Notes: generated by a model from the letters alone, not told the origin. Shown: positions 1 to 10,794, counted from the stretch's first letter. The stretch: 64,000 nt of DNA from Phycisphaeraceae bacterium (GCA_040905565.1 JBBDRF010000092.1:128001-192000); one strand, 5' to 3'. A program made the numbers and translations.

Positions 1-223
1 AGACGCCGTCGATCCGGTCACGTGTCTGTTGGTACAACCCGTGGTATTTGTGGTCGGGCTTCGACAGTTCCGCAATCCACTGAACGCCGGCCCCATCCAG
101 AATGAGCTTCACATCGTCGCCTGCGTTCTTGAATTCCTGAACCGCCGTCAGCGCGTTCGCCATGCGTCCCATCGCTTCAAGGCCCTCGGTTCCCGCCAAC
201 AAAACTATCGCTGCTTTACTCAT
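1..223 (-). CDS. DsrE-family small protein, running off the window edge (3' partial)
   Basis: Not in the ORF track. My translation from ATG 223: MSKAAIVLLAGTEGLEAMGRMANALTAVQEFKNAGDDVKLILDGAGVQWIAELSKPDHKYHGLYQQTRDRIDGV. The 'V.LI.DGAGV' pattern is typical of DsrE/DsrF-like proteins. Confidence 0.7.
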   Translation of the reverse strand, partial: MSKAAIVLLAGTEGLEAMGRMANALTAVQEFKNAGDDVKLILDGAGVQWIAELSKPDHKYHGLYQQTRDRIDGV

Positions 224-287
224 GGTTCAAGTCCCTGAAGAGATTGCTGAAAATGCGTCGCAATCGGAGTGCCCGGATTGTCCGCGG

Positions 288-1301
288 TTATTCGCCCTGA
301 CCGTAAATTGTCGTCTCGGGGTGGAATGCCACCCACGCGAACCAGAAGGTATGAATCACGCGTGCCTCGTCGGGTAGCTCGACGACGCGGATATGATCAC
401 GCTCGTTGCTGATTTCCAGCACCAGTCGCTCACCGGCTATGGCTTCCTCGATGCGCCCGTCGGGTGCCGAAGCGATCGCCTCCAGAGGATAAGCCCGGGC
501 GACGTCACCGATCTGCACGCCGACCAGAGGCTGTTTTTCTCCGAGGCGTCTGTCATCGCTTTGCTTGACGGGAAACATCAGGGTGTCGCCTTGGAAGTAA
601 TGCTCGTAAGGGTTGCGGCTGTACTGCCGCGCGTAGCCGGTATCAAATGTCGCCACCGTGGCGTCTGGGTGGTCAGCTTCCCACTGGGCGAACGTGGTCA
701 ATTCGAACGGCAGATGCTTGAGCGGCTGGCCCGCGTACGGGCCACTGACGGCTTCGAACCCGATCTGCGACCACAATGCGTCATGTGTGCGATCGTAAAG
801 CAGCACGTTCGAGTTGTAGAGCAAACCACTGATGCCGAACTCCAGCACTTCCCCGTTCATGCGGCGGTCGAACACGCTCGCCGAATCGCAAAGCGGACAG
901 TACGTCACGGCGAACGGCGTCTCGCCGAGTTGATCGTTGACCGCCTCGTGCCAATTGAGCAGGCGGATCGGGTACGCGCGTGATTCGCCTTCGATTGTTA
1001 TAGCCACCATACGATCGGTCGGCTCAAGGAAGTCGACCTCCGAAACACGGGCCACATCGGGATCGGTGATCGCAGGAATGGCATCCTTAGACGGCCCGCC
1101 GGAACGGATCTCGTCACGTGGAATGCGAAGGTCGTCGAGATTAAACTGCTCCGCGATCGCGCCAGCGTCGGTCGGCCTCGGCTGAGCTGTCACGTTCTCC
1201 TCGCCAAGCTTGGCGATGATGCTGAGCATCAAGAGACCTACCGCAACCGTAGCGAAACTCACCGCAAGCAATGTCTTCATCCGCATCGCAAGGCCTCCCA
1301 T
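288..1301 (-). CDS. DUF3179 domain protein with N-terminal membrane anchor
   Basis: Motifs GGPSKDAIPAI, WHEAVND, TYCPLC, GISGLLYNSN, LWSQ and terminal FWFAWVAFHPET. The true start may be a few codons downstream (MRMKT). Confidence 0.85.
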   Translation of the reverse strand: MGGLAMRMKTLLAVSFATVAVGLLMLSIIAKLGEENVTAQPRPTDAGAIAEQFNLDDLRIPRDEIRSGGPSKDAIPAITDPDVARVSEVDFLEPTDRMVAITIEGESRAYPIRLLNWHEAVNDQLGETPFAVTYCPLCDSASVFDRRMNGEVLEFGISGLLYNSNVLLYDRTHDALWSQIGFEAVSGPYAGQPLKHLPFELTTFAQWEADHPDATVATFDTGYARQYSRNPYEHYFQGDTLMFPVKQSDDRRLGEKQPLVGVQIGDVARAYPLEAIASAPDGRIEEAIAGERLVLEISNERDHIRVVELPDEARVIHTFWFAWVAFHPETTIYGQGE

Positions 1302-1386
1302 TTTGTGTCTGCCGTTAGGGTGCCCGGACAGGCCGCCATTAATGCCAGCGAAGCTTCGGCATTCGTATTGTGCCCCGAGGGGCCGC

Positions 1387-1416
1387 GTTTGTTCCCGCTA
1401 AGTTTGTTCCCGTTAA
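1387..1416. repeat. 15-bp tandem direct repeat in a divergent promoter region
   Basis: gtttgttcccgctaa followed by gtttgttcccgttaa (14/15 identical). Confidence 0.6.
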
Positions 1417-1518
1417 CGGTAAAATCTTCGCTCGGGGCGAAATATCCGTCAGAGGGGGCGGCACTACAAACCGGGTCACCGGGAACCACATGTATGCTCA
1501 CACAAGAGGCGACACGGC

Positions 1519-2688
1519 ATGCGATACCAGATTCACACGCTTATTGGAGGCTTGATGCTGAGCGTCATGACTTTCACATCAACGCACACGCACGCCGATG
1601 AGCCGGCTCCCGCGTCAGAGATTTTCGAACGGCTCCGCTCCCATACCTTTCATCCTGTGGATGATCGTAGCTTCACCATCGATCGTGAACTGCGTCAGCA
1701 CGGCATTGCCGACCTGCACGACCCGGATTGGAAGCTGCGGCTTCTGGCGGTGCGCGATCTCGTGCGCGCGGGGCCATCCGCGGTGCCTGGTATCGTTAAG
1801 GGGCTGCGTGATGAGAGTGTGCAGGTGCGGTGCGTCGCGGCCACAGTGCTGGGGATTCTGGGTGCTGAACAAGCGGTAGAGGACCTTGAGCGCGTGGTGC
1901 GGGAGGATGATAACCCGCTCGCCAGATCGTCGGCGGTCGTCGCGCTCGGCCAGATCGAATCCGAAAGTTCACTGGAATTGCTTCGGGATCGCGCGGAGAA
2001 CGATTCCTCCGTCGATGTACGCCACCAGGCGAAGCTGTCGATCGATCAGATCGAAAAACAGATGGGGTCGACCGGCGCTCTTCGCCGGGCCTACCGCGAT
2101 CTCGACCCGGCGACATTCGGCCGCGTGGCCGCAGGCGAGCCGGCGCCGGATTTCACGCTGCCCGACACCGAAGGCGAAATCTGGCGTCTGACCACTGTGC
2201 CGGACGATCAGTGGGTTGTGCTGATCTGGGTCTTCGCTGACTGGTGCCCGGTATGTCATGGTGAGTTCCATGAACTCATTGAGCTGCGCGACGAATTTGA
2301 GCAGGCAAACGTTTCTGTGGCCACCATCGAGTGTCACGACCTCTACCGCAGCCGCGTCATGGTCGGCAAAGAAGTTGATCCTGACTATCGTTTCGCTCCG
2401 GAGTCGTTTCAGGAAACCTACACCCAGAAGATCTGGTGGCCACATCTGCTGGACCGCGCCGGCGCGGTCGGGGCGACCTACGGCGTCGATCCAATGGCCT
2501 ACGCCGTACATGCAGAATACATCAATCGACCGGCCACGATCATCATTGACCCGCAGGGAACCGTTCGGCTCGCCTACTTCGGCACGTTCTGGGGCGATCG
2601 ACCTTCCATGGAACATGTGCTGAATATGATCCGCACCGAGCAGTTCGAGTTTCAGCATCCGCAACGCCGGCTCACACCCACCGACTGA
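1519..2688 (+). CDS. Exported HEAT-repeat + redoxin (AhpC/TSA-like, thioredoxin fold) fusion protein
   Basis: Signal peptide; HEAT-like repeats (VRCVAATVLGILG, ARSSAVVALGQI); then GEPAPDFTLPD and WCPVC (CxxC). Confidence 0.8.
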   Translation: MRYQIHTLIGGLMLSVMTFTSTHTHADEPAPASEIFERLRSHTFHPVDDRSFTIDRELRQHGIADLHDPDWKLRLLAVRDLVRAGPSAVPGIVKGLRDESVQVRCVAATVLGILGAEQAVEDLERVVREDDNPLARSSAVVALGQIESESSLELLRDRAENDSSVDVRHQAKLSIDQIEKQMGSTGALRRAYRDLDPATFGRVAAGEPAPDFTLPDTEGEIWRLTTVPDDQWVVLIWVFADWCPVCHGEFHELIELRDEFEQANVSVATIECHDLYRSRVMVGKEVDPDYRFAPESFQETYTQKIWWPHLLDRAGAVGATYGVDPMAYAVHAEYINRPATIIIDPQGTVRLAYFGTFWGDRPSMEHVLNMIRTEQFEFQHPQRRLTPTD

Positions 2689-2812
2689 TCGCCGCAACTT
2701 CCGTCGGTCAGGCTGACCAAACCTCTTCAGGCGGAAAAAGCCAGACTCCCTCCGTCTGCCGCCGGCGGGATAGGCTTTCGCACTGTCGCGCGATCGGGCT
2801 TTGAAGCAGAAG

Positions 2813-5341
2813 CTAGTCAGGGGCGTCGGCGTCGATGACTTCTGCGGGGAGGAGTAGGTCGTGCACTGTGGGAGCGAGGTAGGGGGGAACGGTCATGAGC
2901 AGCCGCTGACCTTGGCTGTTTTCGAACTTCCAGATTTTGCCGTCCTGTCCGGCTGGGACGGGGATGCTGAAGAAGCCGTCTTCTTTTTCGCTGAAGTCAT
3001 AGGCGATTTCGCCGTCGCCGCTGCGCACGAGGCCGGAGAGAGGCGGTGACCAGGCGGCGATGCGGGAGGCCCATCCGCCGACGAGTTCCGTGCCGCGGGG
3101 CACATAAAAGTAGAGCGTCCACGCTCCGCGAAAATGTTCGGTGACGCCGGTCGTTGTGATGCCCGATTCGACCGTCACCCGCATATCGTCGGGCCAGTCG
3201 AGGCGGGTGTGATCGGCTCCGTCGGTGATCTCCAGCCGATGCAGTCCGTCGAAGGACGAGTTCAGGGTGACGTCGTACCGCTCGCCGTCGGGCTTAACGG
3301 CGTCGCTCTCGTCGACGGCTTCCGCGTGCACCTGCTTGGGGGAGAAGAGTTTGATGCGGTGAGGCTGGGTGTCCCAAACTTTCTGGACCGTGACGCTGAG
3401 CGGCAAGGGGCCGGGCTCGTCGAGCCAGAGCCAGTAGTGTTGCCGTTCCTGCGGATGGGTGGGCCAGGAGCCCGGCTGGGCGACCTCTTCTAGCCGGAGG
3501 GGTTCGGCGGCGGGGCGGAGGTCGTCGCTGTATTGAGTGGTCTGGAAGTCGACTTCGACGGGCTGATTTTCTGCGATGCCTTGGTCGAGCATCTCCGTGA
3601 GTTCTGCGGTTTCGAAGGGGCGATCGTCGTGGAGGGGATGGTCCTGCTGGTGTGCGGCATCCTGGCCGATAAGCCGGGCCCAGATGCCGTAGCTATGGAC
3701 CATCATCGTTTCACGCATGCGGTAGGTGTGGGCAAGCAGCTGATCGCGGGCGGGTTCTTTGGATTCGCCTGTTGCGTCGGCGTAATCGTGGTAGAGCTCG
3801 ACGTAGCGTGTGTAGAGGAGCAAGTCGTTGAGCCGTTGGAGCACGGCGGGGTTGTCAGTGGCGCGCTCGCGTGCATGGGCAAGATGGCGATACATCCGGC
3901 CGAGGAGGTCTGAGTGCGAGCGGCGTTGATCATCACGGGTGATGAGGTTGTAGAAGGCGGCCATGGGCTCGGTTGCGGGGGCGAAGCAGTCGTTGATGAA
4001 ATGCTCGATGAGGTCCTCGCGCTGCTCGGCCTCGTCGACGTCCCAGAGAACGCGGCCGGCGAGGTAGTAGCCGAGGCCGTAGGGGCCCCATGCGTCGCCT
4101 GACTCGGCATCGAAGAAGCGAGCGCCGTCGTCGTGGAAGCTGCTGATGCGGCGGGTGAGATTCTCTACCTGTCCGGCACGCGCTCGGCCAGGAAGGTTCC
4201 AATCCCACACGATGACGCTGAAATAGTCGTAGATGCCGAGCGTGGCGCCGCGTTCGCGCCAACCTTCGACGATCTGGTCAAGCGTATAGCCGCCCCTTAG
4301 AAAGCCGGTGGCGACGGAGATGATGACATTGGGATGGGCGTCGATGCTGGGGGGCGGCGAGTGCTGGTTGTAGGCGTACATGCCGACGTATTTGGTGCCG
4401 TGCTCGAGGTTGTTGATCGCCTGGGCGACTTCGTTGGCGAGGGTGAGGGCTTGGTCGCTGACGCTGCCGATGTCGGCGCACTGTTCGCATTCGCACCAGT
4501 TGCCGCCGTCGCTGGGGTCCATTGAAACGCTGTCGACGGAAGGGTCGGCCTCGACCTGCTTCACCGCGTCGGCGACGACGAGTTGGCGTAGGGCGACATT
4601 GCTGATGCAGAACTTGAGATCGCCGCCGGTGCTGCGTCGATCGCCGTTGTTGAGCGCGAAGAATTCAGGGTTGGCATCGAACGCTTCGCGGTTTCGCTGG
4701 ATGATGCCGCCATAGGCGTGGCCGCTGTTGAGGGAGAAGCCTTGCACGACGCGGTTGCGTTGAGTCCACTGGCGGTAGGGTTCTTCGTTGTAGCCCCACA
4801 AGCCCCAGTTGTACCAGATGCGGCGGGCGTGGAAGTCGGGGCGCTGGGTTGTGTCGACCTGAAGAGCCAACCGCTCATGACGGGGGATGATTTCCCAGGT
4901 GTCGCCCGGGAAATACTGCCGATGGCCCAGGCGATGGAGCACGTCCCACACCGCATGGCGCACGGCGAGGTCTGTGGCGCCTATCAGCCAAAGGCCCGCG
5001 TCGCCGCTTCGCAGGACGTATGCTTCGCGGTCGAAGGGGCCAACGTGGAATTCGTCCTGCACGTCGATGCTGTGCTCGAAGTCGCCTGGCCGGCCCAGCA
5101 CAATTCCCTCCGCGCCGTCGCCTTCTTTTACGGCGAACGTGGCTCCGCTCAACTGGCTGAGGTAGTCGGCGAGGGTGGCGGCGGCATCGCGCACGGCGTC
5201 CGAAGCATCCTCCGCGACGACCACGGAGAGCTTCGCCTGGCCGTCCTCTGCGAGCAATGCTTCGTTCCCGAACGCTTCGCCGGCTGTGCAGGTGAGGGCG
5301 AGCAGGGTGAGGACCAGAGCAGGGAGCATGTGTTGCCTCAT
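2813..5341 (-). CDS. DUF4838 domain exported protein
   Basis: Signal peptide; N-terminal AAATLADYLSQLSGATF / REAYVL region; NPEFFAL, FCISN, DGGNWCECEQC, GMYAY and GIYDY motifs. Confidence 0.75.
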   Translation of the reverse strand: MRQHMLPALVLTLLALTCTAGEAFGNEALLAEDGQAKLSVVVAEDASDAVRDAAATLADYLSQLSGATFAVKEGDGAEGIVLGRPGDFEHSIDVQDEFHVGPFDREAYVLRSGDAGLWLIGATDLAVRHAVWDVLHRLGHRQYFPGDTWEIIPRHERLALQVDTTQRPDFHARRIWYNWGLWGYNEEPYRQWTQRNRVVQGFSLNSGHAYGGIIQRNREAFDANPEFFALNNGDRRSTGGDLKFCISNVALRQLVVADAVKQVEADPSVDSVSMDPSDGGNWCECEQCADIGSVSDQALTLANEVAQAINNLEHGTKYVGMYAYNQHSPPPSIDAHPNVIISVATGFLRGGYTLDQIVEGWRERGATLGIYDYFSVIVWDWNLPGRARAGQVENLTRRISSFHDDGARFFDAESGDAWGPYGLGYYLAGRVLWDVDEAEQREDLIEHFINDCFAPATEPMAAFYNLITRDDQRRSHSDLLGRMYRHLAHARERATDNPAVLQRLNDLLLYTRYVELYHDYADATGESKEPARDQLLAHTYRMRETMMVHSYGIWARLIGQDAAHQQDHPLHDDRPFETAELTEMLDQGIAENQPVEVDFQTTQYSDDLRPAAEPLRLEEVAQPGSWPTHPQERQHYWLWLDEPGPLPLSVTVQKVWDTQPHRIKLFSPKQVHAEAVDESDAVKPDGERYDVTLNSSFDGLHRLEITDGADHTRLDWPDDMRVTVESGITTTGVTEHFRGAWTLYFYVPRGTELVGGWASRIAAWSPPLSGLVRSGDGEIAYDFSEKEDGFFSIPVPAGQDGKIWKFENSQGQRLLMTVPPYLAPTVHDLLLPAEVIDADAPD

Positions 5342-5415
5342 ATCCGCGGCCTTCCGTTGGTTTCGGGTTCGATGATGACGAGGGTCTGCCGATCCTGACG
5401 TTGATGGAACGGGTG

Positions 5416-8370
5416 CTACTGAGGTTGTCGGAGAAAGCGGATGAGGTCTGCCATGTCCTGGAGGTTGATGGCGGCTTCGAGGCCTTCGGGCATGAGTGAA
5501 AGGTCGAGGCTGGTGAGTTGGGCGACGTCGCGGCGGAGGATGGTGTGCGCCTGGGCGTCGAGCGTCAGGAGGGTGATGCTGTTGGAGGTTTCGCCGGCGA
5601 GGATGCCCATGAGGACCTGCCCGTCGGCGAGGGTGAGGCTATAGGTGGCGTAGCGGGGATCGATGTTCTGGTTGGGATCCAGGATGGCGGCGAGGAGGCC
5701 TTGTGGTGATCGGTCGGTGAGGGAGAGCACGTTAGGGCCGATTTCGTGGCCGAGATCATCCACGCGATGGCAGGTCGCACAAGCCTGGGCGAATACTTCG
5801 CGGCCGTTTTCGGGATCGCCTTCGAGTTCCAGTGCGGCCTGGTAGGTGGCGAGGACCTGTGCACGGTCGGTTGCTTCGGATGAGGCGAAGAGTGTGCGGG
5901 CATGCTCCCGAACACGCTGGTCGTTGTGATTGGTCAACTGCTGCTGGCGTGCGGTGTCGATGTGGGATGCGGCGACGCGGCCGGCGTCGACTTCTTCGAG
6001 CAGTGCGAGGGTCCAGTCGGCTCGGGTGAGCAGCGTGTCCAAAGCTGCGGGGCGGACGGCCGGCAGGAGTGAGGCCCACTTGTTGAGTAGAAGCGGGGGA
6101 GTCTGGTCGTGGCCGATGCGGCGCAGCGCTGCCAACGCTGTTGTCTGGAGGTGCGTGGACGTGCGCGTGTTGATCAGAGCGATCAACGTTTCGTAATCGT
6201 CGGCGTGGTGACCGGGGCGGCGGCCGAGCACGTCGATGGCTGCGAGGCGGAAAGATTCCTCCGACTCAGTGTCGGCTGCAATGCCACGGGCTGTTTTGAG
6301 AAGGGGGGGGATCTGCTTGAGGCGTTGAGCGAGGGCGTCATCGGCGGCGGTGCGCAGCTGTTCAATGGATGAGCCGCGGCGGGCGAGGCTGTCCTGCCAC
6401 TGGGCGAGAACGCGAAGCTGATCGGCACCGGGGCCGTCGTCACGGGGGTTCACGACCGGCTCCAACAGCCTCGCGATGGCGTCGCGGTCGTTCTGGGCGA
6501 GGGCCATGGTGAGCAGATCGGTGGTGAGTGGCGAGAGCGTTGAGTCTGCTGCGTTGATGACGGCGTCTACGAGTGCGGCATGATGGGTGAGGGCTCCGGT
6601 CATGACCGCGGCCCGAAGCCAGTGGTTGTCGGCATCGGTCACGGCCATGTGCCCCAGGGCCTCGCCGGCCGACGCATGGTCCCATTGGCCGAGGGTGAGG
6701 GCTGCCTGGAGGCGGACGGTGGCATCCGGATCGTCAGCGAGTTGAGCGACGCGCTGGGTGCATGCGCGATCATCAGGATGGGCTGCGGCGAGCCTTACGG
6801 CGTGCCGGCGGACTGCGTGGTGATCATCCTGCAGGGCATGGGCGATGAGGGTGCTGGTGAGTTCACCCAAGCCGTCGAGGGTGCACAGCGCATGGAGTCG
6901 AGCGAGGGGATTGGTGTGCTCAGCGGCCATCTTTTTGAGCGGGGGCGTCGCGGCGTCATCGGCGTTCCAGATGAGCAACTGCTGCGCGCGCTGCCGCTGG
7001 GTGCCGTTGGGGCTGTCGAGGGCGGCGACGAGTTGGTGCGGATCGAGCTGGTCGAGCCGCGTGATCGGACGGGCTTCGGCGTTGTCGGGGACGACGCGAT
7101 AGATGCGGCCACGGTCGTGGCCGGTGCGGTAGTGCGGCCGGTAGCGCTGCTGCGCCTCGGGCGGCATCCATTGGGGATGTTCGATGAGGTAGCGATACAT
7201 GTCGACGATCCACAATGCGCCGTCGGGGCCGGTGCGAGCTTTGACGGGGCGGAACCATAGATCCTCGGCGGCCAGGAATTCGCTGTGTGTTTCATCGGCG
7301 TGGCGGTGGGCTGTGAAGGTTGGACCGTTCCGACGCAGCACCTGCCGATGGACGAGATTGTGCTGGGGCTCGCATGTGAGCACGTGAAGCTGGTCACGGG
7401 GAAAGAGCAGGCTGTCACGGTAGAGCGTGAGGCCACAAGCGGAGGTCAGCAGGCTGCCGCGATGGGGATGGTCGTAGTCGTGCATGAACTGGCTGCGCGG
7501 GTACACGGGCAGGTTGCGTGGCAGATCGAAGTGGTTTTTCGGATCGCCGAGCGCGATGTGGGGATTCCGGCGGAGGTGGAAGTCTTCGAGCACGTAGTGC
7601 CAGACGGGGTAGCTGTTGTGGACGCCGAACCAGTTGCCGTGATCGTCGGAGACGCGACCGAACTGGCTTTCGCCGCTGAGTGGTTGCATCTCGCCTGTGT
7701 CAGGATTGATGCGTAGGTCGCGTGCGCCGAGGGTGAGGGTTTCACCTGTGATTTCTGAGCGGATCTCGCCTCGCGTTGTCAGACCGTTGGCGAGGTAGAG
7801 CCAGTTGTCCAGTCCGTATTCGAGGCCGTTGACGCGTAGCTGCGTGTTGTCCTGAGCGAAGCCGGTGAAGAGTGTGCGGCGTTGGTCGGCCTTGCCGTCG
7901 CCGGTGGTGTCTTCGGCGTAGAAGATTTCGGAGCCGGCTGTGACGATGACGCCCTGGCGCCAGACGGCGATGCTTGTGGGAAACTTTTCGCCATCGAGAA
8001 AGGTGGTGGCGGTGTCGTAGGTGCCGTCGTTGTTGGTGTCCTGCAGGTAACGGATGCGGCCGCCTGGCGTGGATTCGCTGTCTTTCCCGACTTGGCCGCT
8101 ATCGTCGATGCCCAGGGGATAGTCGAGCATTTCGACGACCCAGAGGCGGCCGTCGGGGCCCCAGGCGATGTCCACAGGATCGCGCACCAACGGCTCGGCG
8201 GCGACGAGCTCGACGCGGTAGCCTTCGGTCAGGTGCATTGTCGCGAGGGACTGTTCGGGAGAGAGCGGCGGCGCATCGGCGGGGATGTCATCTTGCGCGG
8301 CGTAGGCAACGAGGGCCGAGAGGCTGACGAAAGCCACCGCGAGTCGGCACAAGAAGGTGGTCCTGATCAT
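5416..8370 (-). CDS. PVC-type haem-binding CxxCH protein (sugar-dehydrogenase-like beta-propeller + HEAT + cytochrome c)
   Basis: VELVAAEPLVRDPV, GRLWVVEM.DYP, WFRPV...GPDGALWIVDMYR, C-terminal CATCH and SLMPEGLE. AAGGGA RBS precedes ATG 8370. Confidence 0.88.
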   Translation of the reverse strand: MIRTTFLCRLAVAFVSLSALVAYAAQDDIPADAPPLSPEQSLATMHLTEGYRVELVAAEPLVRDPVDIAWGPDGRLWVVEMLDYPLGIDDSGQVGKDSESTPGGRIRYLQDTNNDGTYDTATTFLDGEKFPTSIAVWRQGVIVTAGSEIFYAEDTTGDGKADQRRTLFTGFAQDNTQLRVNGLEYGLDNWLYLANGLTTRGEIRSEITGETLTLGARDLRINPDTGEMQPLSGESQFGRVSDDHGNWFGVHNSYPVWHYVLEDFHLRRNPHIALGDPKNHFDLPRNLPVYPRSQFMHDYDHPHRGSLLTSACGLTLYRDSLLFPRDQLHVLTCEPQHNLVHRQVLRRNGPTFTAHRHADETHSEFLAAEDLWFRPVKARTGPDGALWIVDMYRYLIEHPQWMPPEAQQRYRPHYRTGHDRGRIYRVVPDNAEARPITRLDQLDPHQLVAALDSPNGTQRQRAQQLLIWNADDAATPPLKKMAAEHTNPLARLHALCTLDGLGELTSTLIAHALQDDHHAVRRHAVRLAAAHPDDRACTQRVAQLADDPDATVRLQAALTLGQWDHASAGEALGHMAVTDADNHWLRAAVMTGALTHHAALVDAVINAADSTLSPLTTDLLTMALAQNDRDAIARLLEPVVNPRDDGPGADQLRVLAQWQDSLARRGSSIEQLRTAADDALAQRLKQIPPLLKTARGIAADTESEESFRLAAIDVLGRRPGHHADDYETLIALINTRTSTHLQTTALAALRRIGHDQTPPLLLNKWASLLPAVRPAALDTLLTRADWTLALLEEVDAGRVAASHIDTARQQQLTNHNDQRVREHARTLFASSEATDRAQVLATYQAALELEGDPENGREVFAQACATCHRVDDLGHEIGPNVLSLTDRSPQGLLAAILDPNQNIDPRYATYSLTLADGQVLMGILAGETSNSITLLTLDAQAHTILRRDVAQLTSLDLSLMPEGLEAAINLQDMADLIRFLRQPQ

Positions 8371-8554
8371 GAAGTTGATCTCCCTTGAATGTCGCCCAAC
8401 GTGAGTCGGTGGCCGTGGCTGGACGCTGTTGCATCGCTGGATCCTGTCGCAGGCGGACTTTTGTATTGTACCGGAACCGTCGAGCATGACACGAGAAACC
8501 ATTGGCAGGGGCAGTTGGTCTCACTACACTCAATGCCTCATCAGGAGGCCATCG

Positions 8555-10750
8555 ATGAACGAGATGCTTAGGGGGATTGGGTGTGCGTGGCTCGTGGTGC
8601 TTGCCGTTGCGGCGACGGTTGGGGCGAGCGAGACATCGCAGGTTGTTCGCGTTCATGCGGGGGCGGCAATTGTCGACGTTACGCCGACGCATCTTCCTGC
8701 CATCATCAACGGTGGGTTTTTGCGGCGGACGGCTGAGACGGTGCGCGATCCGCTTCATGCGCGGGCGATTGTGATTGGTGGTGAGCGGCTGGAGAGGCGA
8801 ATTGCGATCGTGGTTGTGGACTCGTGTATGCTGCCGCGTGAGCTGCTCGATGAGGCGAAGGAACTCGCCGCTGAGCGCACGGGGATCGCCAGCGAACGCA
8901 TCCTGATCTCCGCAACGCATACGCATACGGCACCGGCGGCGATGGGGGCGCTGGGGTGTGAAGTTGATGCTGAGTACGCGCCGCTGTTGCCAGCACGCAT
9001 CGCCGAAGCGATCGAGCAGGCGAGCGAGCGGCTTGCGCCGGCTGAGATTGGTGTCGCGGTGGTGCGGGCAAAAGGTCACACGGCGAACCGTCGTTGGATT
9101 AATCGGCCGGGCGTCGTGCATGTGGATCCGTTCGGGGCGTCTACCGTGCGTGCGAACATGCACCCGGGTTCGCAGCCGCCGGATGCGGCCGGGCCATCGG
9201 GGCCGGTTGATGACGATCTGGCGATCCTGGCGATCCGTTCGGCTGATGATGACAAGCGGCCGATCGCGCTGCTCTCAAGCTATGCGATGCACTATTTCGG
9301 CAGCGGGGTTGCGCCCGTATCCGCGGATTATTTTGGACGATTCGCCGGGCACCTTGAGCGAGCGCTCGGTTCGGATGGTGGGGATGGCGAGCAACCTTTT
9401 GTCGCCCTCATGGCCAACGGGACGAGCGGTGACCTCTGGTGGAAGGATTACAGCAGGCCCGACTATGCCCGCGATGTTGACGAGTACGCGGGAACACTTG
9501 CGGAGCTTACTCAGCACGTGTACCGGAGCATGACCTTTGATCATGAGTTGCCGTTGGCGATGGCGGAGACGACGCTGGAGCTTGGCCGCCGAACACCAGA
9601 CGATGAGCGGCTGGCGTGGGCACGGAAGGTTGTTGAGGAGATGGAGGGGCGGCCGCCGGGGAATCAGCAGGAGGTGTACGCGACGGAGCAGATTTATCTT
9701 CATGAGAAGCCGAGGGCTGAGCTGAAGCTGCAGGCGGTGCGGATTGGGGATTTTGCGATCACGGCGATTCCCAATGAGGTTTACGCGCTGACGGGGATAA
9801 AGCTCAAGCATCACAGCCCGCTTGAGCGGGTGATGAACATCAGCCTTGCCAACGGATCGGAGGGGTACATTCCGCCGCCGGAGCAGCACGCGCTGGGCGG
9901 GTACAACACGTGGCCTGCGCGGACGGCGGCTTTGGAGGTGGATGCTGAGCCGAAGATCGTCGACGCTGTGCTCGGGCTTCTGGAGGAGGTGAGCGGGCAG
10001 CCGCGGCGGGAGTTTGTTGAGCGTGAGACGTTGTATGCTCGGCATGTGCTGGAGGCGGAGCCGTTGGCGTACTATCGGCTTGGGGAGTTGGAGGGGCCGC
10101 GAGCCTGGGATGCGACCGGTCATCACGAGGATGGTGCGTACGAACCGTTGGTGGTGTTCGGCCTGCCCGGCGTTGATGCGGCCGGGCTTGCGAATGGGGA
10201 CGGATTGCTCGACGTAAACCGCGCGCCCCATTTTGCCGGCGGCCGCGTGCGCGCTGATCTTAACGAACTCGGCGAACGCTACAGCGTCGAACTGTGGTTA
10301 TGGACGCGGGTCGCACATGACCTTTACCCCGTGAGCGGCTATCTGTTTTCACGCGGTCTTGACGGATCTGCCGAGGCAGAGGGCGATCACCTCGGCATTG
10401 GCGGCAATCACGGAGATCTCAACGGTCGGCTGTTTTTCTTCAACGGCGATGGCGCGGAGGAGATTGTCGCGGGGGAAACGGTCGTCGAGCCGGAAACGTG
10501 GCACCACGCGGTGCTGGTGCGGGATGGTGAGCGTGTGACGCTTTACCTTGACGGCAAGCGCGAGGCGGCGGGCGAAGCGGCGGTCACGCGTGCGCCGGAC
10601 GTGGGACAGATTTTCGTCGGTGGGCGTAACGATGGGTTCGCGCCGTTCGCTGGGAGGATTGATGAGGTTGCTGTGTACGCTCGGTTGCTCAGTGACGAGG
10701 AGGTTGCTGCGCGATATGAGGCGGCGATCAGGGCGAACGTGGAACGATGA
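8555..10750 (+). CDS. Neutral/alkaline ceramidase-like metallohydrolase fused to a C-terminal LamG domain
   Basis: AGGAGG RBS; signal peptide; DPLHARA, ISATHTHTAP and GYIP...GGY motifs; LamG-like WHHAVLVRDG...LYLDG...GRIDEVAVY. Confidence 0.8.
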   Translation: MNEMLRGIGCAWLVVLAVAATVGASETSQVVRVHAGAAIVDVTPTHLPAIINGGFLRRTAETVRDPLHARAIVIGGERLERRIAIVVVDSCMLPRELLDEAKELAAERTGIASERILISATHTHTAPAAMGALGCEVDAEYAPLLPARIAEAIEQASERLAPAEIGVAVVRAKGHTANRRWINRPGVVHVDPFGASTVRANMHPGSQPPDAAGPSGPVDDDLAILAIRSADDDKRPIALLSSYAMHYFGSGVAPVSADYFGRFAGHLERALGSDGGDGEQPFVALMANGTSGDLWWKDYSRPDYARDVDEYAGTLAELTQHVYRSMTFDHELPLAMAETTLELGRRTPDDERLAWARKVVEEMEGRPPGNQQEVYATEQIYLHEKPRAELKLQAVRIGDFAITAIPNEVYALTGIKLKHHSPLERVMNISLANGSEGYIPPPEQHALGGYNTWPARTAALEVDAEPKIVDAVLGLLEEVSGQPRREFVERETLYARHVLEAEPLAYYRLGELEGPRAWDATGHHEDGAYEPLVVFGLPGVDAAGLANGDGLLDVNRAPHFAGGRVRADLNELGERYSVELWLWTRVAHDLYPVSGYLFSRGLDGSAEAEGDHLGIGGNHGDLNGRLFFFNGDGAEEIVAGETVVEPETWHHAVLVRDGERVTLYLDGKREAAGEAAVTRAPDVGQIFVGGRNDGFAPFAGRIDEVAVYARLLSDEEVAARYEAAIRANVER

Positions 10751-10794
10751 AGTATTTGCCGGCTAACAGGCTGTCCGGAACAGGAGTAGGGAAA

